Assembly: GCA_951406725.2 (NCBI GenBank)
Contig: OX597836.1
Location: 34,968,001 to 35,032,000, forward strand
DNA length: 64,000 bases
From: Octopus vulgaris
Taxonomy: Eukaryota
Reading direction: 5' to 3'
This document shows, in pieces, positions 38,749 through 52,309 of the stretch (its first letter is position 1; each line of letters begins with the position of its first letter). Under the pieces are notes generated by a model. That model saw only the letters and a list, made by a program, of their open reading frames with translations. It did not search any database and was not told where the DNA came from. A program made the position numbers and the translations under genes.

Positions 38749-39552
38749 AAGGAGAAGGAAAGATCCCAAGAAGGGAAGACAGAGGAGACAATATTTGAGC
38801 TGGTGGTGCTTAAGGGATCACACGGCGGGCTTCTTTCAGTTTTCGTCTACCAAATCCACTCACAAGGCTTTCGTCGGCCCGAAGCTATAGTAGAAGACAC
38901 TCGCCCAAGGTGCCACTCAGTGGGACTGAACCCGGAACCATGTGGTTGGTAAGCAAGATACTTACCACACAGCCACTCCTTCGCCACATGTATAATTTTT
39001 ATTCTGGGGGATGTAGGTATATTTCGCTGTCTTTGTTTCTCTGTTCTTTTTCCCTCATGACCGTATCCTTTACAGAATCCCTAGGTTACATGGACATGAA
39101 CACACCACCACCAGTTGTCAAGTGGTGGTGGTGGTGGGACAGAGACACTAACGCACACACAACCACACACACATACACATTTATTGTTTTATTTGATATT
39201 TTTTTAACCCTTTATATTTTTTATCCCTTTACATTTTTATTTTTCGTCTTTATTTTTTTCGCTTCTTTATCTTTGTTTATTTATATTTCCATGTTTTTTT
39301 TTCATGTCTACATCATCCCAGTACGGCTCTAGAAATTTAGACCAGACATACGACATCCTTTGTATCTTTACATACTTATGTAGGCGCAGGAGTGGCTGTG
39401 TGGTAAGTAGCTTGCTAACCAGCCACATGGTTCCAGGTTCAGTCCCACTGCGTGGCATCTTGGGCAAGCGTCTTCTGCTATAGCCCCGGGCCGACCAATG
39501 CCTTGTGAGTGGATTTGGTAGACGGAAACTGAAAGAAACCTGTCGTATATAT

Positions 39553-39588
<36 letters not shown>

Positions 39589-40039
39589 CTGTGTTTGTCC
39601 CCCTAGCATTGCTTGACAACCGATGCTGGTGTGTTTACGTCCAAGTCACTTAGCGGTTCGGCAGAAGAGACCGATAGAATAAGTACTAGGCTTACAAAGA
39701 ATAAGTCCCGGGGTCGATTTGCTCGACTAAAGGCGGTGCTCCAGCATGGCCGCAGTCAAATGACTGAAACAAGTAAAAGAGTTAAAGAGTAAAAGAGAGA
39801 GTATATACTTAATTTTTTACTCTTACCAATTTTTACATTTTTCTCTTTTATTACATTTTGCACTTACTATTTTTTCCTCTTTGTGATCCCAAACTCATTA
39901 AAGATTCACCCCCCTCCTCTCCAACTCCTTCCCGCTTTATCTCAACATCCAACCTCCTCATTCTATATCGAGTGAAAAACGGTATGGACGTTTTGTTTTT
40001 GTTTTGGTGTCTCGCTCTGCTGTATCCCCAACGAAACTC

Positions 40040-40500
40040 GTCTTTTTGCTAGGTAACCACCTAGCAACATGTGGCCGGAAAATGTATATAATATTTCCGT
40101 TCTACAAATTACACAGCCCAAGTGAAATCGAGAGGAAAATCAGAGAAAAGAATTTTATTGACAAATTCGAACCCAAGCTAAATAAGCAATAATAATAATA
40201 ATACTTAGAGGTACTACTTCTACTGCTGCGACCATGACCACTAACAACAACAACAATACTAAAGGCGATCAAGATGAAGATAGCAGGAAAATTATCTTAT
40301 TTAGGGTTAAAAGTTCTATTGCCACCACCATCACCACTAGCAACAATAATTAAGGTGCTGACAATGATGATGATGACAATTGAAATATAAAAATATAAAA
40401 ATCTCTGACAAAGGCTATTTACAACATTTCTAAAAATAACCCAACAATTGCTGCTTCGGCCAGGGTCAAGATACAGGACTCTTGACATGTCCAACAAAGC
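40040..40500 (+). mobile_element. Penelope-like 3' end
   Basis: HLATC...IFPFYKL...RKIREKNFIDKFEPKLN* is the GIY-YIG C-terminal pattern, as at ~9480. Confidence 0.65.
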
Positions 40501-40894
40501 GTGACGCCTAAACCAATCAGCTCAACCAACCAATCAGCTTAAGTAATTGAGTGATACTACACACTGATTGGTCAGAATACAGTTTGCAAAACCTAGCACT
40601 CTGGAGCCTACCCAGCTGTATTTATAGCACTGAATCAATCATCTTGCTACAGTAAAAAATTGTGAAGCATGACTGTCACCACTACTACATGAACCCGAAG
40701 ATTGCAGAATTTAATGCATGAAAGTACTAGTTCAATCAGAATGAACATTTAACATTCTACTATTTTATTTTATTTTATTATAATATATTATCTTATAATA
40801 TATCATTATAAGATTGTAAATAAAACGTGAAAATCAGACAAGGTTGGAATTACTTTTATTAATATATTCTTCTATACACAATCACACACACCCA

Positions 40895-41011
<117 letters not shown>

Positions 41012-41177
41012 AGGCGCAGGAGTGGCTGTGTGGTAAGTAGCTTGTTTACCAACCACATGGTTCCAGGTTCAGTCCCACTGCGTGGCATCTTGGGCAAGTG
41101 TCTTCTACTATAGCCTCGGGCCGACCAAAGCCTTGTGAGTGGATTTGGTAGACGGAAACTGAAAGAAGCCCGTCGTA

Positions 41178-41220
<43 letters not shown>

Positions 41221-41957
41221 TTGTGTGTCTGTGTTTGTCCCCCTAGCATTGCTTGACAACCGATGCTGGTGTGTTTATGTCCCCGTTACTTAGTGGTTCG
41301 GCAAAAGAGACCGATAGAATAAATACTGGGCTTACAAAAGAATAAGTCCCGGGAATCGAGTTGCTCGATTAAAAGGCGGTGCTCCAGCATGGCCGCAGTC
41401 AAATGACTGAAACAAGTAAAAGAGTAATATATATATATAAATTAAAGAAAAGACACTTTTAAACAATTCAATAAAGAAAGATGTTATTCACACCATATAG
41501 AAAACATATACCATAAAAATCTTATTCTAAAAATCAATAAAGTACAATGAATAGTAAGCAGTTGTAAAAAGACTACGCCCGTTTTTCTCAGGTTTATGCT
41601 TAGTGTAACAGCTGTATTTTCTATTGAAAATACAGCTGTTACAGGTGAGCTGGCAGACACGTTAGCGCGCCGTTACGTTCTGAGTTCAAATTCCTCCGAG
41701 GTCGACTTTGCCTGTCATCTTTTCGGGTTCGATAAATAAAGTACCAGTTTCGCACTGGGGTCGATGTAATCGACTCAATCCCTTTGTCTGTCCTTGTTTG
41801 CCCCCTCTATGTTTAGCCCCTTGTGGGCAATAAAGAAATGTATATTTTCTATTGCATTGAACATCCTACTCCACTGTTATTTAGGTCACTTCATTAATAG
41901 ACATTATCCAGTTCCTATAGGGAGCCTTAGACACTTATATATATATAAATACATATT

Positions 41958-41995
<38 letters not shown>

Positions 41996-42058
41996 TTAAA
42001 TGAATAAAACATGTAGAAAAATGTAAAAAAAAAAAAAAGATGAAAAGGAAGCCATTAC

Positions 42059-42186
42059 CGGAACGCTAGAAGAATGCTTTTTTGTGGTAGAGTGAAGTCA
42101 TCATCTAGACTAAAAATTGCATCAGTTCTTATAATGTCGAATGGCAAAAATCGATTATTTAGACTGTTCTTACCACATGCAACAAC
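42059..42186 (-). CDS. EXTL3: EXTL3-like exon 4 (VVACGKNSLNNRFLPFDIIRTDAIFSLDDDFTLPQKSILLAFR)
   Basis: aaacag| acceptor, CG|gtaatg donor, 128 nt; GT64 NSLNNRF and DDD (DxD) motifs intact. Confidence 0.92.
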
Positions 42187-43079
42187 CTGTTTGAACAAAA
42201 AGATTTTAGGGAAGACAGGGTTTTAGAACAAGGTTAAATATTAAAGCTTACTCTAAAAATATTCCCAAAGTTCTCAGTGAGATGAAAGAAACCATCAAAC
42301 ATTAAAATTGGGTCTCTACAAGTCATATGACCTACTAAAAATCACTACAGTGAAATCTAATTCAGGCATCTAATTAGCCATCTTAGATAATGTGTTTTTA
42401 CATTTCCATTAAAGGATGGAGTGATGGTCGCAGCTGGTATGTTCTCCTGCTTAATAACCCGTGGCAAAACAATAATGAAAATTTCGTGAATAATTGATTA
42501 ACGAAAATGTTGCCCACATCACACTTAGTAGGGATGTGTGGCTTTGTGGTTAGGGTGTTGGATCCATGATTGCATGATTGTGGTTTCGATTCCTGGACTG
42601 GGCAATGTGTCTTGTTCTTGAGGAAAACACATCACTTTACATTGTTCCAGTCCATTCAGTTTGTAAAAATAAGCAATCCTGAAATGGAATGGTGTCCCAT
42701 CCAGTGGGTAATATATCAAGTAATCACATGACCAACTAGACTATGAGACGTTGCTACACATCGCTAGTTACAATGCACTTTACATCATTTTCGCCTTCGA
42801 ATGATGCCACCCTGTTGGCTAGGAGAGCAGGGCAATGTTCCTCCCGGATTCTGATTGAAAGGGGGACTGAAGCAATGTGAAATGAAGTCTTTTGCCCAAG
42901 AATACAGTGTTCCACCTGGTCTAGGAATTGAACTCAGATCTAGCAGTCAAGACTGCAATAACCTAACCCCTTGACCGCATGGTCCCAGAAGGTAATATAT
43001 ACTCCACAGGATCTGTGGAACTGGTTTTGTGACCGTATGTAACTCAGGAAGAAGCTTTATACTTTATTCATCACTCTCG

Positions 43080-43083
43080 GTGG

Positions 43084-43173
<90 letters not shown>
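43080..43173. repeat. (GTT)n microsatellite
   Basis: ~30 perfect triplets; source of the poly-L and poly-Q pseudo-ORFs. Confidence 0.95.
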
Positions 43174-43174
<1 letters not shown>

Positions 43175-43454
43175 CAAAGGTGAACCTGAATTGAGCAGAT
43201 TTATAATTGAAGACATTCCAACTTTGGCAATCCTGTCTATTTCCTTTTTCTAGATATATAGTTTCAGGCATATATAGTTTCTTATGTGGTTAAGAAGATC
43301 GCTCGTGACCATGTTGTTTTCAGGTTCAATCTCAATGTGCTGTACCTTAGTCAATTCTATTACGAATCCCAGGCCGACCAATATCTTGTGAGTGAATTTG
43401 GTAGAAGGAAACGGCATGGAAACCTGTCACACATACACACATACATATATATAT

Positions 43455-43537
<83 letters not shown>

Positions 43538-43667
43538 AATATATATTTATTTATATATATACGTCTTATTGTGGTGTCCTGTACTCACGTATAATTATTT
43601 ATATATGCATGTAGATGTAGGTACGTACATATATGTTTGTATGTGTGCATATATTTTTATTTATCAC

Positions 43668-43713
<46 letters not shown>

Positions 43714-43834
43714 TACAATAAATTCAGGGTGAATACTTGATAAATGTAAGCACCTGTATATGCCAGCTAGTAGCATAGGTGAGAGGATATATGTATCAAA
43801 TGAAATAAAATGAAAAACAGGACACAAAAGATGT

Positions 43835-43928
43835 TGCGATACATATGTTTCGAGCTTTATAGAACAACTTATTCTTACATCAATGCATAATCGACATAAC
43901 AGATAGTTCAAAACCCTCTTCAGCCGCA
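43835..43928 (-). ncRNA. Type-I hammerhead ribozyme
   Basis: On -: tgcgg-CTGAAGA-GGGTTTT...AAAGCTC-GAAAC-ATAT-GTA-tcgca. Stem I 5 bp, stem II 7 bp with a long insert, palindromic stem III, GUA cleavage triplet. Confidence 0.75.
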
Positions 43929-44517
43929 TGCAATTGCTACACCAAAGACTTGTATCACATTATGAAAGATTTGAGAAAAAAACATTTGGTTTTGTTTATA
44001 ATCAAGGTGAGAAGATATGCAAGCAATTATGTGAATAAACAAATTAAATATTACAGCTTGGGTTTGATATACAAGATATGTACGTTGACTCACAGGAGAT
44101 TCGATGGAAAATACATTTTCAATTGAATCTCCTGTGAGTCAACATGGGATCCCTTGCCAACAATGCTAACTTCATTTGATTAAGGTACCTTCAGCTCAAT
44201 GACTAGACAGCAGATTACCCCTCATTTGGATCATTACTACTTCTGAGGTTCGGTTACATATGAAATATATATAGCCTGAATTTTACCTGCTCATTCCCAA
44301 ATTTTGGATGTCTCTTTGTTTACACAGCAATCTCTGCTGTTATCCATAAGCTGTAACACAATTGTTTTTACTTATCGAACTTCAATACGGGAAAAATTTA
44401 CAACCTTCTATGTAAATAAACCGCTATTGTTTCTGAAAGTTGTTTTTTATATCTTCTACAAACTGCTCAAACCTTACTTCATCCTATACCTTGATCCTTG
44501 CATCTTACCTTCACATA

Positions 44518-44571
<54 letters not shown>

Positions 44572-44617
44572 AAAGAAATAAATGGAGTTGAACGAAGATG
44601 TCAATAAAATTCCATTA

Positions 44618-44699
44618 CTTTCGACATATGTTTCGAAGACAACATAGTTTAATTCCAAAGGATTCAACGGTGAAAGATTCAATCTTCTCATCAGGAAAG
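44618..44699 (-). ncRNA. Type-I hammerhead ribozyme
   Basis: On -: ctttc-CTGATGA-GAAGAT...GTCTTC-GAAAC-ATAT-GTC-gaaag. Canonical core, GUC triplet; sits within an inverted repeat (44570-44650 / 44710-44786). Confidence 0.82.
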
Positions 44700-45009
44700 A
44701 ATAAAACCATGTTGCTTCGAAACATATGTCGAAAGTAAAGGAATTTTATTAGCATCTTCGTTCAACTCCATTTATTTATTTATTCAGCTATATCACACAA
44801 ATTACTGCACATTAACCCGGAGTTTCTACCTCTGGATAGGTCGCTTCAACCGTGTTTCTGACGTGAATTTGCTACCCTGGTAACAGTTCATTGAATTTTC
44901 CATGTTAACGGTAAACATAGGATGATTCATTCACCCATCGAAATATATACATATATGTATGTATATTATATACAGTAATGTTCCATTAGTGATAAGATCA
45001 CATCTATCA

Positions 45010-45081
<72 letters not shown>

Positions 45082-45094
45082 GTCTGTCTGTCTA

Positions 45095-45750
45095 TCTGGC
45101 TTTTGTTGACATGAGAAAGCCTTTTGACAGGGCCCCTGATCCCTTATCTGGTGATCAATGTGGAAACTAGAGATAGACGAGTGGTTGGTGAGAGCCGGAC
45201 AATCCATGTACAGGAATGCTGTCAGGAAGGTGAGGGTTGGCAAAGACTATAGTGAAGAATTCCGGATAGAAGTAGTTCACCAAGAATCAGTCCTCAGCCC
45301 CCTCTTATTCATCATAATCCTCCAGGCAATAACAGAGGAATTCAAGACAGGCTGGCCCCTGGGAGCTCCTCTATGCTGATGACCTTGCTCTAATTGCTGA
45401 GTCACTACCAGAACTAGATAAGAAGTTTCACGTGTGGAAGTAAGGTCTGGAATCGAAGGGCCTTAGAATCAACCTAGCAAAAACCAAAATCTTTGTATGT
45501 AGGAAGGCAGACAAGTCACATATCCCTTCAGGTAGATGGCGCTGCTCGATCTGTAGAAAATGCATAGGTAGAAACTCCATAAGATGTACCCTGTGTAAGC
45601 TATATCAAAGGAAAGTTAACTGGCAAGATAGTTTTTGCGTGTGACAGATGCACAGGGCAATAAACACTGAAGATGTACAGAAAGCAAATTCCATCACATT
45701 CCTGGGGGAAAAACTAGAAGTAGTTGATAGCTTCCATTACCTAGGTGACT
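45095..45750 (+). mobile_element. RTE LINE RT fragment
   Basis: LAFVD..KAFD, VHQESVLSPLLF, LLYADDL, GLRINLAKTK; homologous to 25810-26700. Confidence 0.85.
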
Positions 45751-46466
45751 GATACTGAGACCGAGGTCTTTGGAGATATGTTCTGCTTGAAAATAATATC
45801 GAAAAATATCTTAGGAATGAGAACCCAGGTTCGAAATTTCCCCAAGATACCTGATGAAGGCTGGAGGGTATATCAGCAGAAAAGTTGTATTAACAACAAA
45901 TCAGATGAGGAAAAATATCCGTCAAATGTAAATAATGTAAATAATGTGTATAAAAGATATACAAATAAAAAATATATATAAATATTTAAAGATAGGCTCA
46001 GTAATGGCTGAATGCTAAGAAATTTGCTGTTCGATCACATGTAATCTTGGGTTCAGTCCTGCTGTGTGGAACCTAAGGCAAGTGTCCTCTACTATAGCCA
46101 TGGGCTGACCAAAACCCTGTAAGCGGATTTGGTAGGTGGAAACTGGAAGAAGCCCATCTTGTATACAAACATATGTATAAATCTATGTGTGTGTGTCTCT
46201 GTTTGTGTTTGTCCCTGCACCAGTTTGACAACTGTTGTTGGTTTGTTTATGTCCCCTTGACATAGTGATCTGGTATAAAAGTCCGGTAGAAAATTACCAA
46301 GCTACAGGCGCAGAAGTGGCTGTGTGGTAAGTAGCTTGTTTACCAACCACATTGTTCTGGGTTCAGTCCCACTGCGTGGCACCTTGGGCAAGTGCCTTCT
46401 GCTATAGCCTTGGGCCGACCAAAGCCTTGAGTGGATTTGGTAGACGGAAACTGAAAGCAGCCCGTC

Positions 46467-46509
<43 letters not shown>

Positions 46510-47521
46510 TGTGTGTGTTTGTGTGTCTGTGATTGTCCCCCTAGCATTGCTTGACAACCGATGCTGATGTGTTTATGTCCCCGTTACTTAGCGGTTCGGC
46601 AAAAAGAGACCGATAGAATAAGTACTGGGCTTACAAAAACAATAAGTCTCGGGGTCGAGTTGCTCGATTAAAGGCGGTGCTCCAGCATGGCCGCAGTCAT
46701 AATGACTGAAACAAGTAAAATAGTAAAAGAGTAAAGAGAGATATAAATATATAGATAAAGGCTGAAATAGGCACCGCCTAGAACTTTGAACAAGTGTCTT
46801 CTACCATAGCCTTCGGTCGAACAAAGCCTTGTGAGTGGATTTGGTAAATGGAAACTGAAAGAAGCCTGTTGTATGATTCACCAGCATGTCCACAGTCTTA
46901 GGGCTGAAACATGTGAGTAAAAGGATGTATATAAGCACAGCGTGGCTGTGTGGTAAGAAGCTTGCTTACCATCTACATGATGCAAGGTTCAGTCCCACTG
47001 TGTGGCACCTTGAGCAAGTGTCTTCTATCATAGCCTCAAGTCTTGTGAGTGGATTTAGTAGATGGAAACTGAAAGAAGCCCATCGTTTATATGTATATCT
47101 ATATCTTTGCTTGTGTATTTTTGTCTGTAGTTGTAGCCCCAACCAACTACTTGACAACTGGAGTTGGCGTATTGACATTCTCATAACTTAGCAGTTTGGC
47201 AAAAGGGACTGATAGAATAAGTACTGTGCTTTCAAAAGATAGTAGTGGTGTTGATATATTTGAGTAAAATTTCTCCAAGGTGATGCCCCTGCATGGCAGC
47301 AATCTAATGAGTGGACAATTAATAAGAAAAAGAAAGGACATACTTTCTTCATAGGAGTAGGAGTGGCTGTGTGGTAAGTAGCTTGCTCACAAACCACATG
47401 GTTGTGGGTTCAGTCCCACTGCGTGACACTTTGGGCAAGTGTCTTCTACTATAGCTTCGGGCCGACCCGAGCCTTTTTGAATGGATTTGGCAGACGGAAA
47501 CTGAAAGGAACCCGTCATATA

Positions 47522-47588
<67 letters not shown>

Positions 47589-47832
47589 GTGTGTGTGTGT
47601 ATGTTTGTGTGTCCGTGTTTGTCCCCCCACCAACATCGCTTGACCACCGATGCTGGTGTGTTTACGTCCCCGTAACTTAGCGGTTCGGCAAAAGAGACCG
47701 ATAGAATAAGTACTAGGCTTACAAAGAATAAGTCCTGGGGTCGATTTGCTCGACTAAAGGCGGCGCTCTAGCATGGCCACTGTCACACGACTCTGAAATA
47801 AGTAAAGAGACAAAAAGAAAGAGTATACTTAC

Positions 47833-47987
47833 ATAAACTGGTACATGTAACTCTGGAATTATCGTTTTATTTACAGGAGTGAGGAGGTCATTCCACACTA
47901 TAACTACACGGTCCAAGAATGGCAGATTGTGAAGTGCATTGACAATCTTATACAAGATATATTGCCTTCGATATGTCAGGATCACAA
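47833..47987 (-). CDS. EXTL3: EXTL3-like exon 3 (VVILTYRRQYILYKIVNALHNLPFLDRVVIVWN...VPVY), start of GT64 domain
   Basis: gtttag| acceptor, TAT|gtaagt donor; lies within ORF 47719-47985. Confidence 0.9.
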
Positions 47988-48465
47988 CTAAACGGGTGAA
48001 GAAAGTGGATAAGAATTAGACTACAGATTTCAGTGAGTGAATGAGTGCATTTGATAATGAATTACTCTCTTTACTCGTTTCAGTCATTTGACTGCGGCCA
48101 TGCTGGAGCACCGCCTTTAATCGAGCAACTCGACCCCGGGACTTATTCTTTTGTAAGCCCAGTACTTATTCTATTGGTCTCTTTTGCCGAACCGCTAAGT
48201 GACGGGGACATAAACACACCAGCATCAGTTGCCAAGCAATGCCAGAGGAACAAACACCCACACACGAACATACACGCACATATATATATATATGTACATA
48301 CATATACACGACGGGCTTCTTTCAGTTTCCGTCTACCAAATCCACTCACAAGGCTTTGGACGGCCCGAGGCTATAGTAGAAGACACTTGCCCAAGGTGCC
48401 ATGCAGTGGAACTGAACCCGGAACCATGTGGCTGGTAAACAAGCTACTTACTACACAGCCACTCC

Positions 48466-48824
<359 letters not shown>

Positions 48825-48999
48825 CTAGGGTGTTAGAAACACCGACGTTGCTAAGAAATAAGAGCTAAATTTCTCTAATGTTGTAGTTAAGGTACGTAAT
48901 TCTAAACATATTCACTGACAGGAACTATAATCGCCTGAAAACATCGGAAGGACCGCTAGACTTTGGCTTATTCCGGATTGAATTCTCTGTAAGTATATA

Positions 49000-50600
49000 C
49001 AGTAGGGGGAAATAAATATTCGTGATGTGTCAAAATTCTTTATATATTTAATTTCTAATAAACGTAAATGGAATATACCAATACTATATTTGCATACACA
49101 TGCATAAACTAAGAATATGCAAAAGAAACTTATAAATTATTGTAACTAAGGAATTTATATTCAATTATAAGTATTTAGGGGTGAAAAAAGTATTCGTACA
49201 GAACATAAGTAACTGATAATTCTGATTTAATACTTCGTAGCATAACAATTATTCAGTTCCACTTCAACCAATCTTTTCTTGTAGTTCTTAATCAAAGACT
49301 CGCATGTTTCTTTAGGAATTTTTTCCCATTCTTCTTGACAAATTTTCTTCAAATCTGCAATGCACGTTGGGGCTCTTGAATGAATTTTAATTTTCAAATA
49401 ATGCAACAAATTTTCAATGGGATTCAACTCAGGTGACTGGCTTGGCCATTCTAATAATTTTATATTGTGATCGACAATCCATTTTTTGGTAGACTTCGTC
49501 GTGTGCTTAGGATCGTTATCCTGTTGCAAAACCCACCCTTCACAAAGCTGGAGCTTTTCTACAGTCCCATAAATCATTGTTCAAAATATTTTGGTACATC
49601 TCTGCATTCATTCTATCATCTATCACACGTAAATTTCCAGTACCATTTGCAGAGAAACACTCCACACCATGATGTTGCCACCTCCAAACTTTACGGTAGG
49701 AATTGTGTTTTTCGGCGAATAGGTGGTCCCATCTTTCCTCCGAACATGGCTCCAAACAATTCAATTTTCGACTCGTCTGTCCATAGAACATTTTCCCAGA
49801 ATGTATCAGATTTATCTTTATGTTCATAAACAAATTTTAAACGGCATCTCTATGCCTTTTAGTCAACAGCGGAGTTTTTCTAGGAGAGCGTGATTTCAGT
49901 TCATTCCTATGAAGTTCATTGCTGATTGTTCGTAGTGTAACACTAGTCTCTGGAGCTAACAAATCTTCTTGCAACTCCTTTCTGGTGATCATTGCATTTT
50001 TTCAGATTCTTCGCTTCATTTTTCCTAAAGATCTATGGGAAATCTTGTGTGGTGCACTGGATCTTATACTGTTTCCAACAGTTCCCGATTTTTTATATCT
50101 TTGAATAAATGAAGATATGGTAGAAAATGGAATACAAAGGGTCTCTGATATTTTCCTGTAACTTTTACCTGCTTTCCACTGTTCAATAATTAAGTTTTCC
50201 ACTGAATTTGTGAGTTCTTTACTTTTCGCCATTATTACGATACTACTTTATGTTGTCTCAATGCTGAATGAAGAAGCTAGTGTTTTGACGCTTAAAAATG
50301 ACAACTGATAAGATTATTAGAACAAACGAGAAAGTTCTAGTAAAACTAAAAATTATTTTAACAGTATTTTGTGGCATAGAAAATCATATATTTATTCTTT
50401 ACGAATACTTTTTTCACCCCTAAATATTTATAATTGTATATAAATTCTTTAGTTACTATAATTTTATTAGTTTCTTTTGCATATTTCTTAGTTTATGCAT
50501 GTGTATGCAAATATAGTATTGGTATATCCCATTTATGTTCATTAGAAATTAAATAAATAAAGAATTTTGACACATCACGAATATTTATTTTCCCCCACTG
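49000..50600 (-). mobile_element. Full-length, decayed Tc1-family (DD34E) transposon with ~200-bp IR/DR-type TIRs and TA TSD
   Basis: TA|cagtagggggaaataaatattcgtg...cacgaatatttattttcccccactg|TA. TIRs ~49000-49200 and 50400-50600, each with an inner direct repeat. Transposase 50232-49227 has the HTH (MAKSKEL...GKSYRKIS), WTDESK, QQDNDPKH and SPELNPIEN, broken by a stop and frameshifts. Confidence 0.93.
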
Positions 50601-50782
50601 TAAATCTATACAATCATGTGCTTTGACTAGAGTTAGTGCATTTTAGCTCTTATTTCTAGCAAGGTAGGTGTTTCTAACAACCTAGTCATATTTAGGGACA
50701 ATTATGGTTTTCAATTTGAATAAAACATTATTGACAGACAATAATAAATCTCAGAGCGAGTTATAAACAGTAGCTACAACAC

Positions 50783-51032
50783 ATCGTGACGTACATTTGC
50801 CATTTAAATATGGCTAACCCATAAGGGTGGATGCTACTGTAGTTTGTAGCCCCAGGAGGACACCTCTTCCAGCTGGCCATAGACACACTTTCTGTGCCCT
50901 ATCAGTGTTTGCAAAGGGAAGCCGAAGTGTGACTATGGCCAGCTGGAGGAGGTGTCCTCCTGGGGCTACAAACTACAGTAGCATTCACCCTTAGGGGTTA
51001 GCCATATTTAAATGGCAAATGTATGTCACGAT
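50783..51032. mobile_element. Fold-back MITE / long hairpin (~107-bp arms)
   Basis: atcgtgacgtacatttgcc...gacacactt is mirrored by aagtgtgac...ggcaaatgtatgtcacgat, with a ~35-bp spacer. Confidence 0.8.
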
Positions 51033-52251
51033 TATTGACAGAGCTGTCTATAATTTTCCGTATACACATTATTAGCAATTCACTAAATCACCTATAGATT
51101 TTTATGATGGAAACATATATACAGATAAAACATTTATTTAAACAAACGACGTCTGATTAAACATGATCTTCCATTCTGTTGTAAATTATTGATGAGCACT
51201 TGCGTCGATCTCTAAAGACACACACACACACACATACACGCATATACACACACACACACATACACACGCAAACACACCGGAGAAGTCTGAGTTTCCCCAG
51301 CAACGGAGTTTTGCTTCGTGTTTTTTTATTTTCCAGGTTATTTCGCATACTTTTAACGAACGTGACATCGAAATCACGCATAAAAGGTTCCTATTTCATG
51401 CACGCTATGCTTTAACGTAACAATTATATCGGTTATTTTCCCATTAAGCACAGTTTTTGGTATTTATACCCCCACAAACCCGGAATATCTCAATAGCTAC
51501 TGGTCCAGTTTTGCAAAACTTGTTTTATTCCGTTCGTATTCACATTTCAGAGGCTCTTTACTATCAAAGTATTTTCCTATTATGCGCCAGTTTGGCCTGT
51601 GTAACAGTGCAAGCAAGCAAGCAAGATTGAACTTCACTTTTAACAGTATACTATACTACCCGTGACCCGTTGGGTCTCCGGGGATATCTGAGTTTCCTAG
51701 CAACGGAGTTTTGTTTCGTGGTTTCTTTTTCCTTTCCAGGTTATTTCGCATGCTTTCAACGAATATGACATCGAAATCAAGCGTAAAAGGCTCCTTTCTC
51801 CAGAAAAAGGAAAGATTTGGCTATTATTTCTTGCACGCCTTGCTACAAAGTAACAGGTATTTCGGGTCCTTTATCGCAAATAACTGTTACGTGGTAGCAG
51901 AGCGTGCTAGAAATAACAGCCAAATTTTTGGAGGTGAGATACGTTGAATGCACTCGAAAGAATCCTATGGCAAAAAGAAACCTATTTTACACCGAGGTTA
52001 CGAACAGGTCTTTTACGAAATATTTACCGTATTTTTAAAGTCATTTTCTCTTTAAAATATTTTGCCCATCATTATGTGTCTAATGGAAAGATTAGAGTTT
52101 GGCTGTGTAACATTGCAAGCAATCAAGCAAGATTGAAATTCATTTTTAATACATTATACATAGATATAGAGACCTTCTGTGTTTATCTCCCGCCCGGTCA
52201 TTCACTCAGTATTGCCTATGTCGTTTGTTTATTTAACATACATTTTCCATT

Positions 52252-52309
<58 letters not shown>

